Assembly: GCA_963810275.1 (NCBI GenBank)
Contig: CAWENF010000027.1
Span: 23,655-87,654, forward strand
Length of the DNA: 64,000 nucleotides
From: an uncultured archaeon
GTDB lineage: Archaea; Thermoproteota; Bathyarchaeia; Bathyarchaeales; Bathycorpusculaceae
Reading direction: 5' to 3'
The translations under genes were made by a program, and so were the position numbers. Shown here in pieces: positions 50,825 to 60,993 of this stretch; position 1 is the first letter of the stretch, and each line of letters starts with the position of its first letter. The notes beneath the pieces are model-generated. The model worked only from the letters and a program-made list of their open reading frames with translations. It was not told the origin of the DNA and ran no database searches.

Positions 50825-51058
50825 ATGGAAAACAAAAAGTTACAGTGCCCTTGTTGGTTGCGTTGCTGCTTCTACCCTTGGTTTGGTGCTAAACAAGTTC
50901 AAGCAGACATCTCCTCCAACGCAACTCCCACGGCAACCCCAACCCCTCCCCCAGCGGACGGAACCCAAATGTGGCTGATGCTTGTTTTGACTGCGGTTTT
51001 GATTGCTGCCTACATAGTTGTGATTGTTTTTTTGATTGATAGGAAAAGCAAGCCCTGA
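50825..51058 (+). CDS. Small membrane-anchored protein (signal peptide, Pro/Thr linker, TM)
   Basis: ATPTATPTPPP followed by a TM helix and RKSKP. The N-terminus probably carries two compensating indels. Confidence 0.6.
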   Translation: MENKKLQCPCWLRCCFYPWFGAKQVQADISSNATPTATPTPPPADGTQMWLMLVLTAVLIAAYIVVIVFLIDRKSKP

Positions 51059-51209
51059 TTTTTAGGCAACTCAACATGGCGTCACACCACACCGCGTCAG
51101 ACAAACAAAAACAATGCTTTTCAAAAAAGCAAATAGTCTCAACGTCTTTCTTGTGGTGCCGAAGAAATTGCCACACACATAAAGAGAAAAAACAGATAAG
51201 AAAACACGC

Positions 51210-52679
51210 CTAACGCTGCTTCGGCTTCCTCAAAACTATCCCAACCATCTGGACAGTACGCCGCGGATTACGCACAGCCTTAGCGATTTTATGCCGTGTC
51301 AAAGTCCGATTAATCGCATTAGCCCGCACACACAACTCCATTAATTCGTCTGCGCTCCACTCAGGCGTTTCCACCAGTGGCTCCGTCGCCGCCAACGCAT
51401 AATCACAGAAGCCATCTCGAATGAAGCCGCCCGCCTTTGCCTGCTCATAAAACGCAGTTCCATAAAGCGGCATGGCAATGCTGAAAATGAAGCTTTCCGC
51501 GCCGAGTTTTTTGAGTTTGTAAGCATACTGGATTGTCGCTTCAATGTCTTGTTTAGTTTCGCCGATTAAGCCTAAAACAAAGAAGCAGCCGACCTTTATG
51601 CCAACTTTCTTACACAACGCCACCGCCGCCTCAACCTTGGCTAAGTCCAATCTTTTTTTGGCGACTTCAGTGACAATACGTTGTACGCCTGATTCTGGGG
51701 CTAGACGGATTTTTCTGCATCCTGCCTGCTTCATTTTGCGAAGCAAGTCCTCGTCAAGGGTGTCTGCTCGAACGCCATTTGGTGTAAACCACTCAAATCG
51801 CAAACCGCGCTCCACGATTAAGTTACATATCTGTTCCATGCGTCCTCTGTTCCAGGTCATGTTGTCGTCTGCGAAATCCACTTGTTGTATACCGTAGGTT
51901 TCTATGACGTGCTGGATTTCGTCTACCACGTTTTTAGGGCTGCGTGGACGCCACTGTTTACCCCAGATGATGCTGTGGGTGCAGAAGACGCAGTTAAAGG
52001 GGCAGCCGCGGCTTGTGATGATGATGGTGTAGGGTTTGGTTATTTCTCCTCGTAGCGGGTTTTGTTTGACTGCTTGGGCGTAAACGTTCATGGGTAAGAG
52101 GTGTCTTGCGGGTATTGGCAGTGTATCTAAATCCTGAATCGCTGCGCGCTTTTTTGTGAAAACAGTTTTGCCGCCTAACCTGAAGCTTAAGCCTTCGATA
52201 ACGGTGAAATCGGTTTTTTTCTGCTCCAGCGCCTCAAGTAACTCCGAAACAGTGACTTCTGGCTCCCCCACAACCACAAAGTCCACCTCTGGGTTTTCCA
52301 TGCACTGCTTTGGTCGCGAAGATGGATGCAAACCAAACAGTACCACCCGAATGTCTTTGTCGACCTTCTTAGTGATGGACACAACTTCGAATGCGGTTTT
52401 GGACCACCCCGAAAAAGGGATTTCCACGGCTACCACATCAGGTTTCCAGTCAGCAATCCGCTGAGCGATGGTTTCGGCGCTTAATCCCACCCGGTACTTG
52501 GACTCGTCCAGTTCAAGGAGGTTTTCCCAACCCTCTGTTGGGGCGTCAATGATGCTGACTGTATACCCATTTTTTTCCAGAACCGCAGCCACCGACGCCA
52601 TTGCTATGGGTGGAAAAACGTTGGGTTTTCCCCATGCTTTAGGCTGAATCCTTGGTGGATTGATGAGGCAAACACGCAT
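51210..52679 (-). CDS. Cobalamin-binding radical SAM enzyme (#5), more divergent
   Basis: MRVCLINPP, GLHPS, SRGCPFNCVFC, PNGVRAD, APESG, MPLYGT. Confidence 0.92.
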   Translation of the reverse strand: MRVCLINPPRIQPKAWGKPNVFPPIAMASVAAVLEKNGYTVSIIDAPTEGWENLLELDESKYRVGLSAETIAQRIADWKPDVVAVEIPFSGWSKTAFEVVSITKKVDKDIRVVLFGLHPSSRPKQCMENPEVDFVVVGEPEVTVSELLEALEQKKTDFTVIEGLSFRLGGKTVFTKKRAAIQDLDTLPIPARHLLPMNVYAQAVKQNPLRGEITKPYTIIITSRGCPFNCVFCTHSIIWGKQWRPRSPKNVVDEIQHVIETYGIQQVDFADDNMTWNRGRMEQICNLIVERGLRFEWFTPNGVRADTLDEDLLRKMKQAGCRKIRLAPESGVQRIVTEVAKKRLDLAKVEAAVALCKKVGIKVGCFFVLGLIGETKQDIEATIQYAYKLKKLGAESFIFSIAMPLYGTAFYEQAKAGGFIRDGFCDYALAATEPLVETPEWSADELMELCVRANAINRTLTRHKIAKAVRNPRRTVQMVGIVLRKPKQR

Positions 52680-52736
52680 TAAGCTGGCACTTCTGTGAAA
52701 AATCATTAGCTTAGGAGGGTGATTTATTGTTTTGCA

Positions 52737-53760
52737 CTAAATCGGTGTAAACCACAGCCGCACCAAGATTAGTACGGCTACGCAGATTAAGCCCCACAAG
52801 ACGATGGTGGCATCTCGGATTCTGACTGCATCCAGCAGCTTTTTGCCCGTTATCGGCTCCTCTGCGTCGCCTAAGATGTAGCGGTCGGGCTTTTCCAGCT
52901 GAATGTGAAGGGCGCCTGCTACGGCTGCCATGGGCCAACCGTGGTTTCGGCTCTGGGTTTTGTGGTGGTCTCGGCGTGCGATTCTCCAAGCGTTTCTGGC
53001 GTCCAACCTCAGGATCCATGCGGAGGCAATCATTAGGAGTGCAGCTAGCCTCGTTGGAATGTAGTTAACAAAGTTGTCCAAATTAGCGCTGAACCAGCCT
53101 ATGTTTATGTGCTCTTTGGTTTTGAAGCCGACCATGCCGTCCAAGGTGTTTATGACTCTGAATGCTATGGCACCTGTTACGCCGAAGAGTGCGAACGCCA
53201 TCATAGGGGAGAGTTTGAAGTCGATTAAGTTCTCGGACATGGATTCGATAACTGCGCTTCCCATTTGTTCCGCGTTTAGGTTTCTGAGAGTCGCGGCGGC
53301 TGAAATGGGCATATTTTTTTGTCTCAGCAGCGTCGTCTGCGTCTATGGCTTTGGCTGTGGCTTTTGCCCAGTCGGTTTCAAGTTTGATGCATATAGTCAT
53401 TTTGAGCAGTATGATGCCGATGACTGAGTACACAATGACGTTAGCGTAAAAGGGCAGGAACGTGTAGATTGCCCACAACCCAAAGAAGGTCGGCAACGCA
53501 AAGGCTGCAATCGAGGTTAAACCGAGTAAGACGCCAAGGAACTTTTCTGTTGCTGGGTTGGGGTTTTTGAAAGCCGCCTCGATTTTTTTGATGAAATTCC
53601 CCATAAGCACAGTGGGGTGCATCTTAAACGCCAATCGTTCGGGGTAGTTGGGTGAGGGGTCTCCGAAAATCAAATCCAGTAGTATGGCTAAAACAAGCAT
53701 CGCTAACCCGGCGCCGATAAAGAGCGTGTTTGGACCCAGCCAACTGATCAGAGGCAGCAT
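52737..53760 (-). CDS. cbiB: Adenosylcobinamide-phosphate synthase CbiB/CobD, split by one frameshift near 53290
   Basis: LDLIFGDP, HPTV.MG, SRRD, AVIESMSEN, FRVINTLDGMVG, LDNFVNYIPTRL, SRNHGWPMAA.AGAL. Confidence 0.9.
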
Positions 53761-54139
53761 TGCTTCGATACTTGGATACTGCGTTTATATCAATTACGGT
53801 TAGCTCTAAGTGTTTGTGCTTGCTGGTCTTCATCCTTCTTTTACTATGGGTTCAGCAGTTGGGGGGTGGCTGTTTAGTAGTTGGATAGGGCTGGGTTTGC
53901 GTGTCTGAAGGGTTTGGGCTCGGGTTGTAAGTGGATTCTGAGCTTTTTTGTAGGTTTTGGTGATGCTTTTGTATACGGTTTTGTTGTGTGTGTATATATA
54001 TATTACTGATTGAACTTTAAGGCTAACTTTCAGGTGAATTATGTTTCTGGAGGAACTCAATACCCCTATCAAGCTTGCTGGGCTTTTCAGATTATTTTTT
54101 AAGGCTAAACATCGCTTACCTAAACTGTTAGGTGCCAAA

Positions 54140-54580
54140 ATGGAGCAGCAGGAACTAAACGGAACCCTCTTTAGCACATACGTTTATCTGGTCAAAGCAG
54201 CCAGACCTGTCGGACCCAGAGACCTCATGCGAGGAGCAAACCTCAGCAGCCCAAGCGTAGCCTACCGTAACCTACAGCGCCTAACCGACCTCGGCATTGT
54301 CGACAAAGATAGTTATGGCAGCTACATCGTAAAAAAGAAAGTGGGCTTGCGCGGCTATGTCTGGATTGGCAGAAAGCTTGTTCCCCGCTTCGCCATTTTC
54401 GGTTTCATATTCGTCGGTGTCGTAATCACTGAACTCGCCGTTTTGGTTCCGCACTTGCTGTTGGGCTCGCCAATTCAGGAATCATTCTGGCTCCTCACAG
54501 TAGTTACGGTTGTGGCAGCGGCGATTTTCTTATTCGAGGGCTTAAGGTTTAGAAAAAAGCCCCATACTCGCAACGATTAG
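54140..54580 (+). CDS. wHTH transcription-factor-like protein with two C-terminal TM helices, paralog of 33753-34211
   Basis: VGPRDL...NLSSPSVAYRNLQRL..LG...KD.YG.Y followed by two TMs. Confidence 0.8.
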   Translation: MEQQELNGTLFSTYVYLVKAARPVGPRDLMRGANLSSPSVAYRNLQRLTDLGIVDKDSYGSYIVKKKVGLRGYVWIGRKLVPRFAIFGFIFVGVVITELAVLVPHLLLGSPIQESFWLLTVVTVVAAAIFLFEGLRFRKKPHTRND

Positions 54581-55962
54581 CTTCTGCGCAGCTTTAGTTT
54601 GATGTTGGCAACGAAGTGCATTCCAACAATTATTGCAGTTTGAACTTTGAATCGATGGCGTTTATCCCACCAGAACCCTTTGCGCAGGTAGAAGTGATGG
54701 AATGCGCTCTCACGCATCTTACCGAGATCTTTCATGCTGAACTGTGGCGTCTCAAAAATTGGGCGCGTCGTGTCGTACTTGTCAAAGTCCGTGATTCGCA
54801 GCCAGCCGTTGGCTTTCACTTGGTCGTAGAGCGGCGTGCCCGGAAACGGCGTCGCAACGTTGTAGAAGCCCACTTGATCGGGAGCGATTTTCTCTATGAA
54901 CTTGATTGTTTTCCACGCGCTCTGCTTGGTCTCGCCGGGGAACCCTAAAATGACGTTTGGGGTGGGCTTTAAGCCGACTTCTTGGACCCAGGCGATGACT
55001 TTTTCTGTCAACTCGGGAGTAATGCCTTTTTTCATGGCGTCCAGGACTTGCTGGGTGGCGGATTCAACGCCAAACCACACTGAAACGCAGCCCGCATCCT
55101 TCATGGTTACTAGCAGGTCTTTGGTTATCATGTCGACGCGGGTGCCGCAGTTCCACTCGATTTTGAGGTTGCGTTTCTTGATTTCGCGGCACAACTCTTC
55201 CACGCGGGGTTTGTCTACAGTAAAGGCGTCGTCGCAGAATGTGAACTTGGTTTTGCCATAAGTCTTGTAGAGGTCCTCTATTTCGTCTACGACGTTTTTG
55301 GCGCTTCTCATGCGGTAAGCACGTCCATGCATGCGTACGGTGCAGCAGAATTCACACCAGTATACGCAACCCCTTGTCATGGCGAGGTAGAGAACATCTT
55401 CGTACTGGGTGAACTTGTCCATAGGCCACAGATGCCTTGCCGGGAAGGGCAGGCTGTCAAGGTCCTCGATGTAGGGGCGCTCTTTGTTGCGTACTATTTT
55501 GCCGTCTTTGCGATACGTGATGCCCAAGACGTCGTCGAAACTTTTGCCCTCTTCAACGTGCCTAACCAAATCAACAAGGGTGGCTTCGCCTTCCCTGCGT
55601 ATAACAACATCTAGCTCTGGGTAGTCTTCTAAGGCGTGGTCATCCCAGAACGTGACGTGAGGTCCGCCTGCGAAAGTGACTACGTTTGGGAGGACTTCTC
55701 GGGCGGCTTGGATGAGTTTCATGCCTGACTTGTAGGTTAGCGTGGAGCTGGTTGCCCCCACAATGTCTGGTTTTCGCTTGGCAATTTCTGCTTTGAACTC
55801 GTCTAGGCTCATCTGTTGAACTTGGCAGTCGATGACGTCGACTTGATAGTTGCTTTTCTCTAAAACCGCAGCCAAATAACCTAAGCCGAGAAGGGCGAAG
55901 GGCCAGTGCATGACTGCGCCTGCGGGTGCAGCGGGGTTAACCAAGGTAATGTGAGGTTTCAT
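54577..55962 (-). CDS. Cobalamin-binding radical SAM enzyme (#6), same subclade as #1 and #2
   Basis: ITLVNP, LGLGYLAA, GGPHVTFWD, RGCVYWCEFC, TPFPGT, GWLRITDFDKYDT. Confidence 0.93.
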   Translation of the reverse strand: MKPHITLVNPAAPAGAVMHWPFALLGLGYLAAVLEKSNYQVDVIDCQVQQMSLDEFKAEIAKRKPDIVGATSSTLTYKSGMKLIQAAREVLPNVVTFAGGPHVTFWDDHALEDYPELDVVIRREGEATLVDLVRHVEEGKSFDDVLGITYRKDGKIVRNKERPYIEDLDSLPFPARHLWPMDKFTQYEDVLYLAMTRGCVYWCEFCCTVRMHGRAYRMRSAKNVVDEIEDLYKTYGKTKFTFCDDAFTVDKPRVEELCREIKKRNLKIEWNCGTRVDMITKDLLVTMKDAGCVSVWFGVESATQQVLDAMKKGITPELTEKVIAWVQEVGLKPTPNVILGFPGETKQSAWKTIKFIEKIAPDQVGFYNVATPFPGTPLYDQVKANGWLRITDFDKYDTTRPIFETPQFSMKDLGKMRESAFHHFYLRKGFWWDKRHRFKVQTAIIVGMHFVANIKLKLRRS

Positions 55963-56091
55963 GTTTGCTTCACGCTGTAGGCATTTTACTTTATGCATGG
56001 TTATGTAGTTAACTGTCCTCTTAGGGGTTTTCTCAAACTATTTAAATTCGCAGAGGCGTTTAATGCATGCTAAATCGGGAGAAGTCTGGCT

Positions 56092-56904
56092 TTGCAAAGC
56101 GACCAAGCATTCCGTAACCAAATTCACGAGGCAAACGTTTCAGTGCATCGACTCGAAGCTCAATATTACGAGCTTTTGCATCCGGAAGTTTATAGCAGAA
56201 AAGAGCAGCAGCGCGTTTGGCGTCAACTACACGCTGTAGACAAGCAAATCACGAATAACCAGAAGCGGGCTTTGGATGTTGGCGCTGGTACGGGAAACTT
56301 GACTGGGAAACTGCTGGAGATGGGCTACAGTGTGGTTGCTACGGATATATCGCCTGAAATGTGTGGCATTCTAAAGAAGAAATACTGCAAGTACCTCCTA
56401 AGCAAGTTATCGGTGTTTAATTCTCCTATTGAAGACCTCCACTTCAAACAGGGCGAATTCGATTTGGTATGCGCCTACTCAGTTCTTCATCACCTTCCAG
56501 ACTACGCCTCGGCGCTGACAACATTATGCGCCTACGTCAAGAAAGGCGGTGTCGTCTACATCGACCACGAAGCATCGCCGTCGTACTGGAGAAACGAAAA
56601 AAGTATGCTCTCAAGCATAGTTAAAGGCTTAACCTTCCACTCCAACCCCATAATAAATAGCTTCTACTTCCAAATCATCGGCTTACATTTCCCAAACATT
56701 GACTACACGCTGTCAGATTATTGGCATAAAAAAGGTCACGCCCTAAACCACCAAACCCTTGCAGCGGTCTTTAAGCAGCAGGGTTTTCGCAGCTATCGCC
56801 GATTTGACCACTTCTTAACCGGCACTTGGCTCCCCAACCCTCTCGCATACGTCTACCGCTTGGTCTGTAGGCCTGAGATGAGTTTATGGGTAGCTCAAAA
56901 ATAG
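56092..56904 (+). CDS. Class I SAM-dependent methyltransferase
   Basis: LDVGAGTG, DISPEM, FDLV....VLHH. Confidence 0.9.
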   Translation: MQSDQAFRNQIHEANVSVHRLEAQYYELLHPEVYSRKEQQRVWRQLHAVDKQITNNQKRALDVGAGTGNLTGKLLEMGYSVVATDISPEMCGILKKKYCKYLLSKLSVFNSPIEDLHFKQGEFDLVCAYSVLHHLPDYASALTTLCAYVKKGGVVYIDHEASPSYWRNEKSMLSSIVKGLTFHSNPIINSFYFQIIGLHFPNIDYTLSDYWHKKGHALNHQTLAAVFKQQGFRSYRRFDHFLTGTWLPNPLAYVYRLVCRPEMSLWVAQK

Positions 56905-56910
56905 CGAGGG

Positions 56911-57954
56911 TTAAGGAAGATTGGGTTTTTTCTGTCCGGGTTTGCCTAGCCAGAACTTGGGCATATCTTCATCTTCGAGCATAGCTGGAAAAAGATTAAG
57001 TGGCCAAGCGGGCAACATAGGCGTAATAAAGACGTCAGGTTTATCTAAGCCTGGAATTTTGCTAATGCGGTCAGATATTTCAAACATTTTGTTAAAGTCT
57101 TCCAGCGCGACGGATATGTATAGATCGTAGCTGCCGAACAGGCGGATAATGACAATTACATTTGGGATTTGAAGGAGTTGCTTGTAGATTTCGCCCATTT
57201 TGCTGCGGTTAGACACTTTAACGTATAAGTCTGCCATGGCGTGGTAGCCAAGTCTGTTAAGATCTAAAGTTACCGAAGACCGCACTAGAAGATTTTCACG
57301 TAGTTTCTTGTATCGTTGAATCACAGTTTTGGTGGATATGTTTAGTTGCTCAGCGATTTGCCTAAAAGGTGTACGGGACTTTTTAGAGAGGATAACAGCG
57401 ATTCTTCGGTCGATTTCGTCAAGTTTAACTTGGGTTTGGTCCAGATTGGATATTGAGGGCCTATGTATGGGTTTACTATTGGGCGGCAGCGGCTTGATTA
57501 TCAGGTTTTGGGGGAATTCGATGTTTACGGCTTCTGCCCAGATGATAGGGTCAACTCGTTTGATTTTGGGGTTGGCTTCAAGATCTTCGAGGATTTCAGC
57601 CATCTGGTTTAGATCACGCAAAGCAATTTTGCCGTAGAAGTTGTATTTGCCCAGATGAGTGACGATTTGAGCTATGTATTGTTTGTTTTCTAGGTAATCG
57701 GCGACTTCCTTTTCGTCTTCAACGTCGGTTATGATGCCTAAATCTACGATATGGCGGTAGCCTAGGCAGTGGGGATTAATGAGGGTGACTTCGCCGTTTA
57801 TGGTACCTTCTTTGCAGAGGCGTTTGTAGCGCATGCGTACTGCGCCAACTGTGATTTTGCATTCTTTAGATATGTCCGTGAAGCTGGTTCTGGATTCTGC
57901 TAAGAGCATTTTCAAAATCTTGGCATCTATTTCGTCTATTTTAGCTACGGCCAT
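56911..57954 (-). CDS. Tandem (double) Lrp/AsnC family protein
   Basis: Two D.ID..I...L...SRT.F..I HTH units, each followed by an AsnC-type domain (G.YN/G.YD). Confidence 0.85.
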   Translation of the reverse strand: MAVAKIDEIDAKILKMLLAESRTSFTDISKECKITVGAVRMRYKRLCKEGTINGEVTLINPHCLGYRHIVDLGIITDVEDEKEVADYLENKQYIAQIVTHLGKYNFYGKIALRDLNQMAEILEDLEANPKIKRVDPIIWAEAVNIEFPQNLIIKPLPPNSKPIHRPSISNLDQTQVKLDEIDRRIAVILSKKSRTPFRQIAEQLNISTKTVIQRYKKLRENLLVRSSVTLDLNRLGYHAMADLYVKVSNRSKMGEIYKQLLQIPNVIVIIRLFGSYDLYISVALEDFNKMFEISDRISKIPGLDKPDVFITPMLPAWPLNLFPAMLEDEDMPKFWLGKPGQKKPNLP

Positions 57955-58239
57955 CGATAAACCCTTGGATTGGTTTTTATTTGTTACAGCAAGGGTGTGG
58001 TGGCTAATTAAGTTAACGAGACCAATTTGTAGAATCTATCGGTTTTTAGGTGTTTTTTTTGATTTTTCTGTCTGAAAAAGGAAAAAGTTGCGGATTAAGC
58101 CAAAATATTCACTTTTCGAATGCTTTTTTTAACCTCATATGCAAACCCTCTATGGTTCCTACTACAACGGGAAAATCCGTTAAAGCTATAAACGCGCAAA
58201 ATAATCAAACCGTCAACTAACCCTCGCCGAGGAAACCCT

Positions 58240-59664
58240 GTGCCTAAAAAAATCAAACTCCAAACCACCTCCCTGCCCAAACCGCAACGGGTTCTACTCA
58301 TGACAACGGCGCCCCCCGAAAAAGACACATGGTACCACGGCAAACGCCTACCTCCAATCGGCTTAATGTATGTGGCTTCCTCGCTTGAAAAAGCAGGGTT
58401 TGAGGTGCAGATGCTGGATAACTACCTGCAGAACAAACCCCTAGAAGAAGTCAAACAGTTAATTGCAGATTTTTCGCCTTCACTGGTCGGAATCACCTGC
58501 GGCTCCGCAACATACAAGCGATGCGTCGAAACCGCCGCCGCCATAAAAGAAGCTAAACCTGACTGCACAGTAGTTGTGGGCGGCTGGCACGCTTCTTACC
58601 TGCCTGACACATTGCTGTCTCACCCTGAAATAGACTACGTCGTGATGGGCGAGGGCGAACGAGCTATGACCAAGCTTGCAGACGCTCTAATAGCTGGAGA
58701 CTTAGAAGCCGCTTCAGCTGTTGCAGGCGTTGCATGCCGCGGACCCGACGGAAACATCCGCAACCCGCCCGTGTATATCGAGAACATGGATGAAATCCCC
58801 TACCCTGCACGCCATCTGCTGCCGCTGGAACAGTACAGCCGCATCGTGGAATTCCTAAACGCCAAACCAGCCGACATAATGAGCATCAGCCGTGGCTGCG
58901 TTTTTAGCTGCGGATTCTGCGAAACCCGCAAACTCTGGGGAAACATCTGCCGAGGTTTTAGTCCACGGCGGGTGATTGGCGAAATTGAGGATTTGCAGAG
59001 GCGGTTTGGCACTAAGGGCATTTACTTTATCAACGACAACTTTACTCTGCGCAAAGAGAAAACCAAAGAACTCTGCCGCCTTATGATTGAGCGGAATCTG
59101 GGGTTGGAGTGGGTGTGCGATACCCGTGTGGATTTGGTAGATGATGAGCTTTTGGAGCTTATGAGCAAAGCGGGGTGCAAAGTCATCTGGTTCGGCGTCG
59201 AATCAGGTTCGCCCAAGGTGCTAAAGCGTATCGGCAGAAACACCACGCCAGCCCAAGTAGAAGAAGCGTTTAACCTGTGTAAGAAGCACGGCATAAAAAC
59301 TGCCTGCTCATTCATGATAGGCTTACCCGACGAAACATTAGCCGACATGGAAGAATCTCTGAAATTCGCCAAAAAAATCGACCCCGACTACTGCCAATTC
59401 AACATATTCATCGCCTACCCCGACAGCCGCCTCTATAACGAACTCTTAGAAAGCGGCAACTATACGCAGCTAGACAATTACCTTCTCAGCGTCAAATCTG
59501 ACGAATACGACTTCGAGTCTTTAAAAGCAGTGCAGTGGCGGTTTTTCAAAAGCTTCCATATGGCCCCCAAACAGATTCTAAAACGCGCCAAACGCGAAGG
59601 CCTCCTGAAATTCGCCAAAAGCCGCTTGATGCATGGAACCAAGAAAGCCAGCGGCATGGCTTAG
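58240..59664 (+). CDS. Cobalamin-binding radical SAM enzyme (#7)
   Basis: PPIGLMYVAS, GGWHAS, SRGCVFSCGFC, GVESGS, AYPDS. Confidence 0.92.
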   Translation: MPKKIKLQTTSLPKPQRVLLMTTAPPEKDTWYHGKRLPPIGLMYVASSLEKAGFEVQMLDNYLQNKPLEEVKQLIADFSPSLVGITCGSATYKRCVETAAAIKEAKPDCTVVVGGWHASYLPDTLLSHPEIDYVVMGEGERAMTKLADALIAGDLEAASAVAGVACRGPDGNIRNPPVYIENMDEIPYPARHLLPLEQYSRIVEFLNAKPADIMSISRGCVFSCGFCETRKLWGNICRGFSPRRVIGEIEDLQRRFGTKGIYFINDNFTLRKEKTKELCRLMIERNLGLEWVCDTRVDLVDDELLELMSKAGCKVIWFGVESGSPKVLKRIGRNTTPAQVEEAFNLCKKHGIKTACSFMIGLPDETLADMEESLKFAKKIDPDYCQFNIFIAYPDSRLYNELLESGNYTQLDNYLLSVKSDEYDFESLKAVQWRFFKSFHMAPKQILKRAKREGLLKFAKSRLMHGTKKASGMA

Positions 59665-60756
59665 GTGAGCTTGATGGATAAGCGGCGGCTTGGGCGAACC
59701 AATTTGATGGTTTCGCAGGTGGGGTTTGGCGGCACATGGATAGCCGAGTTGTCGGCGCCCGAAGCGGTTGAAGTTGTACAGCACGCTCTTGATTTGGGTA
59801 TTACCTATTTTGATACGGCTCGTTGGGATGGGGATAGCGAAGAAAAACTCGGTGCCGCATTACAAGATGTCCGAAGTAAATGCGTTATTGCAACAAAGAC
59901 AGGTAGCCGAACAAAAAAGGAATCGATGGACGACTTCTCAGTTAGTCTCAAGAACCTGCGCACCGACCGTGTTGACATTTTGCAACTTCATGGCATCGAT
60001 GACGAAAAAACGCTTGCAAAAGCCATGGGTGAGGATGGTTCATTGCAGACTTGCAAGCAGGCTCGGCGAGAAGGCTTGGCGGATTTTGTGGGCATCACGG
60101 GGCACAAGCCGCGGGTGCTGGCCAAGGCGGTTGAGACTGGGGAGTTTGACACGGTTTTGGTTCAGTTAAACGTTGTGACTGTGCAGGCGCTTGAGGAACT
60201 GCTGCCAGCTGCCAAGGCGCATGATGTTGGTGTGGTGGCTATGAAGCCATTTATGGCTAAGACCTCGAATTTGATTACTTGCCTGTATCAGCCGTCGCTA
60301 TCGCTAATTAGTGATGAACCCGAACTCAAAGCGTTACTCGGCGACACATCCGATGAGCAGGTAAGTAGCTTGCTTGGTTTTGACCTCTCCCAAGATATCT
60401 CAACCGTAATAGCAGGCGTTAAAAGCCTAAAAGAGGTTGATGCAGCAGCCAAGGCAGGCTACATATATTCAGGTTTGTTAAACGAAGAGCACCGGCGTCT
60501 TAGACCAGATTTAGGCAATTACTGCCGCGACTGCGGAGCCTGCATGCCCTGCCCTGAAAAGGTGAATATTCCCGCTGTGCTGAGGTTCCAAATGTTTGCT
60601 GAGGGTTATGGCTTGAAAGATTGGGTTACTAAACTGTATAGTGGGTTGGAAGTTAAAGCAGATCGGTGTAGTTGTTGCGGTGAATGTGAACCTAAATGTC
60701 CTTATCAGTTGCCTATTGAGCGTAAACTGTGTGCAGCTCACCGTAATCTGGTTTAA
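59665..60756 (+). CDS. Aldo/keto reductase with C-terminal 4Fe-4S dicluster
   Basis: RRLGRT, YFDTA, IATK, LQLHG, GITGH, AMKP; CRDCGACMPC and CSCCGECEPKCP. Confidence 0.9.
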   Translation: MSLMDKRRLGRTNLMVSQVGFGGTWIAELSAPEAVEVVQHALDLGITYFDTARWDGDSEEKLGAALQDVRSKCVIATKTGSRTKKESMDDFSVSLKNLRTDRVDILQLHGIDDEKTLAKAMGEDGSLQTCKQARREGLADFVGITGHKPRVLAKAVETGEFDTVLVQLNVVTVQALEELLPAAKAHDVGVVAMKPFMAKTSNLITCLYQPSLSLISDEPELKALLGDTSDEQVSSLLGFDLSQDISTVIAGVKSLKEVDAAAKAGYIYSGLLNEEHRRLRPDLGNYCRDCGACMPCPEKVNIPAVLRFQMFAEGYGLKDWVTKLYSGLEVKADRCSCCGECEPKCPYQLPIERKLCAAHRNLV

Positions 60757-60993
60757 TTTGGCGGTTTTTTTGCTAAAATGATGGCGCAACGTGCCTTGCT
60801 TATCATAAACTTGGAGGGGCAAGAAAGAACAAAAAATTTTAGCATCAGCATTTGAGGCTGGTTTCTTGCTGTTTTAGGAGAGCTTGTACTTGCAGCTTTT
60901 TTGTACTATTGACGCTTCCGACTCTTTTTAGAGAAATCTTTACATCCACCACAACCACAAATACATACCAGAACCGCTTGGAGAACCCCCCCA

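Noticed and set aside
50825-50890. Cys/Trp-rich N-terminus (CPCWLRCCFYPW) as a RiPP precursor for the SPASM enzymes
   Set aside because: Adding one A in the A-run and removing one T in GTTTGG gives an ordinary signal peptide (MENKKVTVPLLVALLLLPLVGAKQVQA). The Cys are probably an indel artefact.
11300-53300. Programmed ribosomal frameshifting at split genes
   Set aside because: No shared slippery heptamer or downstream structure; the sites are in unrelated gene families.
53780-54010. G/T-skewed low-complexity stretch upstream of cbiB as a cobalamin riboswitch
   Set aside because: No B12-box or GGGAA...GCCACTG consensus is visible.
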